Below are positions 53,124 to 64,000 of a stretch of 64,000 bases of DNA, piece after piece. The number at the start of each line of letters is the position of its first letter. Position 1 is the first letter of the stretch. The stretch covers positions 23,684,001 through 23,748,000 of the forward strand of contig OZ059895.1 in the NCBI GenBank assembly GCA_964057225.1, given 5' to 3'. The notes beneath the pieces are model-generated. The model saw only the letters and a program-made list of their open reading frames with translations. It did not search any database and was not told the DNA's origin. Made by a program: the position numbers and the translations under genes. This DNA comes from Auanema rhodensis. Taxonomy: Eukaryota; Animalia; Nematoda.

Positions 53124-56100
53124 CTAATTAAATGTACACGTGATGTGCACTTGGTATGTAACTCGCTTCACGTGAAAGATAAAGAGATGCGGTTTTCAAA
53201 ATTAGATTCCCCATGTCCATATTAGTCTAAAAACAAATTTTTATTGATATTGGTTCATGGTAACCATGACTTTGAAATTTACGTGAACTTCAATTTATGC
53301 TAATTAAATGTACACGTGATGTGCACTTGGTATGTAACTCGCTTCACGTGAAAGATAAAGAGATGCGGTTTTCAAAATTAGATTCCCCATGTCCATATTA
53401 GTCTAAAAACAAATTTTTATTGATATTGGTTCATGGTAACCATGACTTTGAAATTTACGTGAACTTTACTTTATGCTAATTAAATGTACACGTGATGTGC
53501 ACTTGGTATGTAACTCGCTTCACGTGAAAGATAAAGAGATGCGGTTTTCAAAATTAGATTCCCCATGTCCATATTAGTCTAAAAACAAATTTTTATTGAT
53601 ATTAGTTCATGGTAACCATGACTTTGAAATTTACGTGAACTTTAATTTATGCTAATTAAATGTACACGTGATGTGCACTTGGTATGTAACTCGCTTCACG
53701 TGAAAGATGAAGAGATGCGGTTTTCAAAATTAGATTCCCCATGTCCATATTAGTCTAAAAACAAATTTTTATTGATATTCGTTCATGGTAACCATGACTT
53801 TGAAATTTACGTGAACTTTAATTTATGCTAATTAAATGTACACGTGATGTGCACTTGGTATGTAACTCGCTTCACGTGAAAGATAAAGAGATGCGGTTTT
53901 CAAAATTAGATTCCCCATGTCCATATTAGTCTAAAAACAAATTTTTATTGATATTGGTGCATGGTAACCATGACTTTGAAATTTACGTGAACTTTAATTT
54001 ATGCTAATTAAATGTACACATGATGTGCACTTGGTATGTAACTCGCTTCACGTGAAAGATAAAGAGATGCGGTTTTCAAAATTAGATTCCCCATGTCCAT
54101 ATTAGTCTAAAAACAAATTTTTATTGATATTGGTTCATGGTAACCATGACTTTGAAATTTACGTGAACTTTAATTTATGCTAATTAAATGTACACGTGAT
54201 GTGCACTTGGTATGTAACTCGCTTCACGTGAAAGATGAAGAGATGCGGTTTTCAAAATTAGATTCCCCATGTCCATATTAGTCTAAAAACAAATTTTTAT
54301 TGATATTGGTTCATGGTAACCATGACTTTGAAATTTACGTGAACTTTAATTTATGCTAATTAAATGTACACGTGATGTGCACTTGGTATGTAACTCGCTT
54401 CACGTGAAAGATAAAGAGATGCGGTTTTCAAAATTAGATTCCCCATGTCCATATTAGTCTAAAAACAAATTTTTATTGATATTGGTTCATGGTAACCATG
54501 ACTTTGAAATTTACGTGAACTTTAATTTATGCTAATTAAATGTACACGTGATGTGCACTTGGTATGTAACTCGCTTCACGTGAAAGATAAAGAGATGCGG
54601 TTTTCAAAATTAGATTCCCCATGTCCATATTAGTCTAAAAACAAATTTTTATTGATATTGGTGCATGGTAACCATGACTTTGAAATTTACGTGAACTTTA
54701 ATTTATGCTAATTAAATGTACACGTGATGTGCACTTGGTATGTAACTCGCTTCACGTGAAAGATGAAGAGATGCGGTTTTCAAAATTAGATTCCCCATGT
54801 CCATATTAGTCTAAAAAAAAATTTTATTGATATTGGTTCATGGTAACCATGACTTTGAAATTTACGTGAACTTTAATTTATGCTAATTAAATGTACACGT
54901 GATGTGCACTTGGTATGTAACTCGCTTCACGTGAAAGATGAAAAGATGCGGTTTTCAAAATTAGATTCCCCATGTCCATATAAGTCTAAAAAAAAATTTT
55001 ATTGATATTGGTTCATGGTAACCATGACTTGGAAATTTACGTGAACTTTAATTTATGCTAATTAAATGTACACGTGATGTGCACTTGGTATGTAACTCGC
55101 TTCACGTGAAAGATAAAGAGATGCGGTTTTCAAAATTAGATTCCCCATGTCCATATTAGTCTAAAAACAAATTTTTATTGATATTGGTTCATGGTAACCA
55201 TGACTTTGAATTTTACGTGAACTTTAATTTATGCTAATTAAATGTACACGTGATGTGCTCTTGGTATGTAACTCGCTTCACGTGAAAGATAAAGAGATGC
55301 GGTTTTCAAAATTAGATTCCCCATGTCCATATTAGTCTAAAAACAAATTTTTATTGATATTGGTGCATGGTAACCATGACTTTGAAATTTACGTGAACTT
55401 TAATTTATGCTAATTAAATGTACACGTGATGTGCACTTGGTATGTAACTCGCTTCACGTGAAAGATAAAGAGATGCGGTTTTCAAAATTAGATTCCCCAT
55501 GTCCATATTAGTCTAAAAACAAATTTTTATTGATATTGGTTCATGGTAACCATGACTTTGAAATTTACGTGAACTTTAATTTATGCTAATTAAATGTACA
55601 CGTGATGTGCACTTGGTATGTAACTCGCTTCACGTGAAAGATAAAGAGATGCGGTTTTCAAAATTAGATTCCCCATGTCCATATTAGTCTAAAAACAAAT
55701 TTTTATTGATATTGGTGCATGGTAACCATGACTTTGAAAATTACGTGAACTTTAATTTATGCTAATTAAATGTACACGTGATGTGCACTTGGTATGTAAC
55801 TCGCTTCACGTGAAAGATAAAGAGATGCGGTTTTCAAAATTAGATTCCCCATGTCCATATTAGTCTAAAAACAAATTTTTATTGATATTGGTTCATGGTA
55901 ACCATGACTTTGAAATTTACGTGAACTTTAATTTATGCTAATTAAATGTACACGTGATGTGCACTTGGTATGTAACTCGCTTCACGTGAAAGATAAAGAG
56001 ATGCGGTTTTCAAAATTAGATTCCCCATGTCCATATTAGTCTAAAAACAAATTTTTATTGATATTGCTTCATGGTAACCATGACTTTGAAATTTACGTGA

Positions 56101-59100
56101 ACTTTAATTTATGCTAATTAAATGTACAAGTGATGTGCACTTGGTATGTAACTCGCTTCACGTGAAAGATGAAGAGATGCGGTTTTCAAAATTAGATTCC
56201 CCATGTCCATATTAGTCTAAAAACAAATTTTTATTGATATTGGTTCATGGTAACCATGACTTTGAAATTTACGTGAACTTTAATTTATGCTAATTAAATG
56301 TACACGTGATGTGCACTTGGTATGTAACTCGCTTCACGTGAAAGATAAAGAGATGCGGTTTTCAAAATTAGATTCCTCATGTCCATATTAGTCTAAAAAC
56401 AAATTTTTATTGATATTAGTTCATGGTAACCATGACTTTGAAATTTACGTGAACTTTAATTTATGCTAATTAAATGTACACGTGATGTGCACTTGGTATG
56501 TAACTCGCTTCACGTGAAAGATAAAGAGATGCGGTTTTCAAAATTAGATTCCCCATGTCCATATTAGTCTAAAAACAAATTTTTATTGATATTGGTTCAT
56601 GGTAACCATGACTTTGAAATTTACGTGAACTTTAATTTATGCTAATTAAATGTACACGTGATGTGCACTTGGTATGCAACTCGCTTCACGTGAAAGATAA
56701 AGAGATGCGGTTTTCAAAATTAGATTCCCCATGTCCATATTAGTCTAAAAACAAATTTTTATTGATATTGGTTCATGGTAACCATGACTTTGAAATTTAC
56801 GTGAACTTCAATTTATGCTAATTAAATGTACACGTGATGTGCACTTGGTATGTAACTCGCTTCACGTGAAAGATAAAGAGATGCGGTTTTCAAAATTAGA
56901 TTCCCCATGTCCATATTAGTCTAAAAACAAATTTTTATTGATATTGGTTCATGGTAACCATGACTTTGAAATTTACGTGAACTTTACTTTATGCTAATTA
57001 AATGTACACGTGATGTGCACTTGGTATGTAACTCGCTTCACGTGAAAGATAAAGAGATGCGGTTTTCAAAATTAGATTCCCCATGTCCATATTAGTCTAA
57101 AAACAAATTTTTATTGATATTAGTTCATGGTAACCATGACTTTGAAATTTACGTGAACTTTAATTTATGCTAATTAAATGTACACGTGATGTGCACTTGG
57201 TATGTAACTCGCTTCACGTGAAAGATGAAGAGATGCGGTTTTCAAAATTAGATTCCCCATGTCCATATTAGTCTAAAAACAAATTTTTATTGATATTCGT
57301 TCATGGTAACCATGACTTTGAAATTTACGTGAACTTTAATTTATGCTAATTAAATGTACACGTGATGTGCACTTGGTATGTAACTCGCTTCACGTGAAAG
57401 ATAAAGAGATGCGGTTTTCAAAATTAGATTCCCCATGTCCATATTAGTCTAAAAACAAATTTTTATTGATATTGGTGCATGGTAACCATGACTTTGAAAT
57501 TTACGTGAACTTTAATTTATGCTAATTAAATGTACACATGATGTGCACTTGGTATGTAACTCGCTTCACGTGAAAGATAAAGAGATGCGGTTTTCAAAAT
57601 TAGATTCCCCATGTCCATATTAGTCTAAAAACAAATTTTTATTGATATTGGTTCATGGTAACCATGACTTTGAAATTTACGTGAACTTTAATTTATGCTA
57701 ATTAAATGTACACGTGATGTGCACTTGGTATGTAACTCGCTTCACGTGAAAGATGAAGAGATGCGGTTTTCAAAATTAGATTCCCCATGTCCATATTAGT
57801 CTAAAAACAAATTTTTATTGATATTGGTTCATGGTAACCATGACTTTGAAATTTACGTGAACTTTAATTTATGCTAATTAAATGTACACGTGATGTGCAC
57901 TTGGTATGTAACTCGCTTCACGTGAAAGATAAAGAGATGCGGTTTTCAAAATTAGATTCCCCATGTCCATATTAGTCTAAAAACAAATTTTTATTGATAT
58001 TGGTTCATGGTAACCATGACTTTGAAATTTACGTGAACTTTAATTTATGCTAATTAAATGTACACGTGATGTGCACTTGGTATGTAACTCGCTTCACGTG
58101 AAAGATAAAGAGATGCGGTTTTCAAAATTAGATTCCCCATGTCCATATTAGTCTAAAAACAAATTTTTATTGATATTGGTGCATGGTAACCATGACTTTG
58201 AAATTTACGTGAACTTTAATTTATGCTAATTAAATGTACACGTGATGTGCACTTGGTATGTAACTCGCTTCACGTGAAAGATGAAGAGATGCGGTTTTCA
58301 AAATTAGATTCCCCATGTCCATATTAGTCTAAAAAAAAATTTTATTGATATTGGTTCATGGTAACCATGACTTTGAAATTTACGTGAACTTTAATTTATG
58401 CTAATTAAATGTACACGTGATGTGCACTTGGTATGTAACTCGCTTCACGTGAAAGATGAAAAGATGCGGTTTTCAAAATTAGATTCCCCATGTCCATATT
58501 AGTCTAAAAAAAAATTTTATTGATATTGGTTCATGGTAACCATGACTTGGAAATTTACGTGAACTTTAATTTATGCTAATTAAATGTACACGTGATGTGC
58601 ACTTGGTATGTAACTCGCTTCACGTGAAAGATAAAGAGATGCGGTTTTCAAAATTAGATTCCCCATGTCCATATTAGTCTAAAAACAAATTTTTATTGAT
58701 ATTGGTTCATGGTAACCATGACTTTGAATTTTACGTGAACTTTAATTTATGCTAATTAAATGTACACGTGATGTGCTCTTGGTATGTAACTCGCTTCACG
58801 TGAAAGATAAAGAGATGCGGTTTTCAAAATTAGATTCCCCATGTCCATATTAGTCTAAAAACAAATTTTTATTGATATTGGTGCATGGTAACCATGACTT
58901 TGAAATTTACGTGAACTTTAATTTATGCTAATTAAATGTACACGTGATGTGCACTTGGTATGTAACTCGCTTCACGTGAAAGATAAAGAGATGCGGTTTT
59001 CAAAATTAGATTCCCCATGTCCATATTAGTCTAAAAACAAATTTTTATTGATATTGGTTCATGGTAACCATGACTTTGAAATTTACGTGAACTTTAATTT

Positions 59101-59455
59101 ATGCTAATTAAATGTACACGTGATGTGCACTTGGTATGTAACTCGCTTCACGTGAAAGATAAAGAGATGCGGTTTTCAAAATTAGATTCCCCATGTCCAT
59201 ATTAGTCTAAAAACAAATTTTTATTGATATTGGTGCATGGTAACCATGACTTTGAAAATTACGTGAACTTTAATTTATGCTAATTAAATGTACACGTGAT
59301 GTGCACTTGGTATGTAACTCGCTTCACGTGAAAGATAAAGAGATGCGGTTTTCAAAATTAGATTCCCCATGTCCATATTAGTCTAAAAACAAATTTTTAT
59401 TGATATTGGTTCATGGTAACCATGACTTTGAAATTTACGTGAACTTTAATTTATG
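53124..59455 (+). repeat. Duplication with 3518-bp (20-monomer) period
   Basis: A170C (53300/56818), A58G+G129C (53652/57170), G17A (54004/57522), paired A9-tract monomers (54708, 54883 / 58226, 58401), A26T (55234/58752), T155A (55586/59104). Confidence 0.9.
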
Positions 59456-61213
59456 CTAATTAAATGTACACGTGATGTGCACTTGGTATGTAACTCGCTT
59501 CACGTGAAAGATAAAGAGATGCGGTTTTCAAAATTAGATTCCCCATGTCCATATTAGTCTAAAAACAAATTTTTATTGATATTGGTTCATGGTAACCATG
59601 ACTTTGAAATTTACGTGAACTTTAATTTATGCTAATTAAATGTACACGTGATGTGCACTTGGTATGTAACTCGATTCACGTGAAAGATAAAGAGATGCGG
59701 TTTTCAAAATTAGATTCCCCATGTCCATATTAGTCTAAAAACAAATTTTTATTGATATTGGTTCATGGTAACCATGACTTTGAAATTTACGTGAACTTTA
59801 ATTTATGCTAATTAAATGTACACGTGATGTGCACTTGGTATGTAACTCGCTTCACGTGAAAGATAAAGAGATGCGGTTTTCAAAATTAGATTCCCCATGT
59901 CCATATTAGTCTAAAAACAAATTTTTATTGATATTGGTGCATGGTAACCATGACTTTGAAATTTACGTGAACTTTAATTTATGCTAATTAAATGTACACG
60001 TGATGTGCACTTGGTATGTAACTCGCTTCACGTGAAAGATGAAGAGATGCGGTTTTCAAAATTAGATTCCCCATGTCCATATTAGTCTAAAAAAAAATTT
60101 TATTGATATTGGTTCATGGTAACCATGACTTTGAAATTTACGTGAACTTTAATTTATGCTAATTAAATGTACACGTGATGTGCACTTGGTATGTAACTCG
60201 CTTCACGTGAAAGATAAAGAGATGCGGTTTTCAAAATTAGATTCCCCATGTCCATATTAGTCTAAAAACAAATTTTTATTGATATTGGTGCATGGTAACC
60301 ATGACTTTGAAAATTACCTGAACTTTAATTTATGCTAATTAAATGTACACGTGATGTGCACTTGGTATGTAACTCGCTTCACGTGAAAGATAAAGAGATG
60401 CGGTTTTCAAAATTAGATTCCCCATGTCCATATTAGTCTAAAAACAAATTTTTATTGATATTGGTTCATGGTAACCATGACTTTGAAATTTACGTGAACT
60501 TTAATTTATGCTAATTAAATGTACACGTGATGTGCACTTGGTATGTAACTCGCTTCACGTGAAAGATAAAGAGATGCGGTTTTCAAAATTAGATTCCCCA
60601 TGTCCATATTAGTCTAAAAACAAATTTTTATTGATATTGGTTCATGGTAACCATGACTTTGAAATTTACGTGAACTTTAATTTATGCTAATTAAATGTAC
60701 ACGTGATGTGCACTTGGTATGTAACTCGATTCACGTGAAAGATAAAGAGATGCGGTTTTCAAAATTAGATTCCCCATGTCCATATTAGTCTAAAAACAAA
60801 TTTTTATTGATATTGGTTCATGGTAACCATGACTTTGAAATTTACGTGAACTTTAATTTATGCTAATTAAATGTACACGTGATGTGCACTTGGTATGTAA
60901 CTCGCTTCACGTGAAAGATAAAGAGATGCGGTTTTCAAAATTAGATTCCCCATGTCCATATTAGTCTAAAAACAAATTTTTATTGATATTGGTGCATGGT
61001 AACCATGACTTTGAAATTTACGTGAACTTTAATTTATGCTAATTAAATGTACACGTGATGTGCACTTGGTATGTAACTCGCTTCACGTGAAAGATGAAGA
61101 GATGCGGTTTTCAAAATTAGATTCCCCATGTCCATATTAGTCTAAAAAAAAATTTTATTGATATTGGTTCATGGTAACCATGACTTTGAAATTTACGTGA
61201 ACTTTAATTTATG
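59104..61213 (+). repeat. Tandem 6-monomer duplication (1055 bp x2)
   Basis: T155A (59104/60159), C43A (59632/60687), A58G+A9 tract (59984/61039). Confidence 0.88.
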
Positions 61214-64000
61214 CTAATTAAATGTACACGTGATGTGCACTTGGTATGTAACTCGCTTCACGTGAAAGATGAAAAGATGCGGTTTTCAAAATTAGATTCC
61301 CCATGTCCATATTAGTCTAAAAAAAAATTTTATTGATATTGGTTCATGGTAACCATGACTTTGAAATTTACGTGAACTTTAATTTATGCTAATTAAATGT
61401 ACACGTGATGTGCACTTGGTATGTAACTCGCTTCACGTGAAAGATAAAGAGATGCGGTTTTCAAAATTAGATTCCCCATGTCCATATTAGTCTAAAAACA
61501 AATTTTTATTGATATTGGTTCATGGTAACCATGACTTTGAATTTTACGTGAACTTTAATTTATGCTAATTAAATGTACACGTGATGTGCTCTTGGTATGT
61601 AACTCGCTTCACGTGAAAGATAAAGAGATGCGGTTTTCAAAATTAGATTCCCCATGTCCATATTAGTCTAAAAACAAATTTTTATTGATATTGGTGCATG
61701 GTAACCATGACTTTGAAATTTACGTGAACTTTAATTTATGCTAATTAAATGTACACGTGATGTGCACTTGGTATGTAACTCGCTTCACGTGAAAGATAAA
61801 GAGATGCGGTTTTCAAAATTAGATTCCCCATGTCCATATTAGTCTAAAAATAAATTTTTATTGATATTGGTTCATGGCAACCATGACTTTGAAATTTACG
61901 TGAACTTTAATTTATGCTAATTAAATGTACACGTGATGTGCACTTGGTATGAAACTCGCTTCACGTGAAAGATAAAGAGATGCGGTTTTCAAAATTAGAT
62001 TCCCCATGTCCATATTAGTCTAAAAACAAATTTTTATTGATATTGGTTCATGGTAACCATGACTTTGAAATTTACGTGAACTTTAATTTATGCTAATTAA
62101 ATGTACACGTGATGTGCACTTGATATGTAACTCGCTTCACGTGAAAGATAAAGAGATGCGGTTTTCAAAATTAGATTCCCCATGTCCATATTAGTCTAAA
62201 AACAAATTTTTATTGATATTGGTTCATGGTAACCATGACTTTGAATTTTACGTGAACTTTAATTTATGCTAATTAAATGTACACGTGATGTGCACTTGGT
62301 ATGTAACTCGCTTCACGTGAAAGATAAAGAGATGCGGTTTTCAAAATTAGATTCCCCATGTCCATATTAGTCTAAAAACAAATTTTTATTGATATTGGTG
62401 CATGGTAACCATGACTTTGAAATTTACGTGAACTTTAATTTATGCTAATTAAATGTACACGTGATGTGCACTTGGTATGTAACTCGCTTCACGTGAAAGA
62501 TAAAGAGATGCGGTTTTCAAAATTAGATTCCCCATGTCCATATTAGTCTAAAAACAAATTTTTATTGATATTGGTTCATGGCAACCATGACTTTGAAATT
62601 TACGTGAACTTTAATTTATGCTAATTAAATGTACACGTGATGTGCACTTGGTATGTAACTCGCTTCACGTGAAAGATAAAGAGATGCGGTTTTCAAAATT
62701 AGATTCCCCATGTCCATGTTAGTCTAAAAACAAATTTTTATTGATATTGGTTCATGGTAACCATGACTTTGAAATTTACGTGAACTTTAATTTATGCTAA
62801 TTAAATGTACACGTGATGTGCACTTGGTATGTAACTCGCTTCACGTGAAAGATAAAGAGATGCGGTTTTCAAAATTAGATTCCCCATGTCCATATTAGTC
62901 TAAAAACAAATTTTTATTGATATTGGTTCATGGTAACCATGACTTTGAAATTTACGTGAACTTTAATTTATGCTAATTAAATGTACACGTGATGTGCACT
63001 TGGTATGTAACTCGCTTCACGTGAAAGATAAAGAGATGCGGTTTTCAAAATTAGATTCCCCATGTCCATATTAGTCTAAAAACAAATTTTTATTGATATT
63101 GGTTCATGGTAACCATGACTTTGAATTTTACGTGAACTTTAATTTATGCTAATTAAATGTACACGTGATGTGCACTTGGTATGTAACTCGCTTCACGTGA
63201 AAGATAAAGAGATGCGGTTTTCAAAATTAGATTCCCCATGTCCATATTAGTCTAAAAACAAATTTTTATTGATATTGGTTCATGGTAACCATGACTTTGA
63301 AATTTACGTGAACTTTAATTTATGCTAATTAAATGTACACGTGATGTGCACTTGGTATGTAACTCGCTTCACGTGAAAGATAAAGAGATGCGGTTTTCAA
63401 AATTAGATTCCCCATCTCCATATTAGTCTAAAAACAAATTTTTTTTGATATTGGTTCATGGTAACCATGACTTTGAAATTTACGTGAACTTTAATTTATG
63501 CTAATTAAATGTACACACAATGTGCACTTGGTATGTAACTCGCTTCACGTGAAAGATAAAGAGATGCGGTTTTCAAAATTAGATTCCCCATGTCCATATT
63601 AGTCTAAAAACAAATTTTTATTGATATTGGTTCATGGTAACCATGACTTTGAAATTTACGTGAACTTTAATTTATGCTAATTAAATGTACACGTGATGTG
63701 CACTTGGTATGTAACTCGCTTCACGTGAAAGATTAAGAGATGCGGTTTTCAAAATTAGATTCCCCATGTCCATATTAGTCTAAAAACAAATTTTTATTGA
63801 TATTGGTGCATGGTAACCATGACTTTGAAATTTACGTGAACTTTAATTTATGCTAATTAAATGTACACGTGATGTGCACTTGGTATGTAACTCGCTTCAC
63901 GTGAAAGATGAAGAGATGCGGTTTTCAAAATTAGATTCCCCATGTCCATATTAGTCTAAAAAAAAATTTTATTGATATTGGTTCATGGTAACCATGACTT

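Larger units (their letters stand above)
1..64000. repeat. 176-bp tandem satellite DNA array, about 360 monomers, single orientation; centromere/pericentromere-type satellite (function inferred)
   Basis: CTAATTAAATGTACACGTG recurs at 1, 177, 353, 529 ... 63853. The period is exactly 176 apart from seven +98 bp monomers and 18 bp of small deletions between 20575 and 63853. The consensus has 56/176 G+C. Both window ends lie within the array. Confidence 0.99.

Noticed and set aside
1-64000. CRISPR array or other repeat-spacer system
   Set aside because: There are no unique spacers: the full 176 bp repeats. No cas or other genes are present.
1-64000. Multi-allelic sites (36, 43, 58, 92, 111, 129, 143, 151) as mutational hotspots or an encoded pattern
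   Set aside because: With about 65 distinct substitutions over 176 sites, roughly this many double hits are expected by chance, and variant order is explained by duplication history.
1-64000. Strand inversion or embedded retroelement
   Set aside because: All monomers are in one orientation and the phase arithmetic accounts for every base, leaving no room for foreign sequence.

Overview
The whole 64 kb window is one uninterrupted, head-to-tail, single-orientation satellite array. The monomer is 176 bp and about 32% GC; consensus = bases 1-176 (CTAATTAAATGTACACGTGATGTGCACTTGG...GAACTTTAATTTATG). I count 359 complete monomers plus one partial, most differing from consensus by 0-3 substitutions. 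I found no genes, RNA genes, transposons, CRISPR spacers, inversions or unique sequence. Monomer length, AT-richness, homogeneity, short dyads and nested higher-order repeats (HORs) fit eukaryotic centromeric or pericentromeric satellite DNA, but I cannot name the family or species. The informative content is the variant pattern: (i) a 274-bp variant monomer (7 copies, 4.4-20.6 kb) with a 98-bp insertion built from pieces of the monomer itself; (ii) nested HORs of 4 to 22 monomers; (iii) distinct layers, namely a left HOR domain inside an older layer, a near-invariant core at 28.3-32.5 kb, and a right domain with its own alleles. The single 60-aa ORF arises from a stop-codon point change in one monomer and is probably not a gene. 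I see no support for a new protein-coding system. Variant names (e.g. T132G) use monomer coordinates with base 1 = window base 1; all counts were made by eye.
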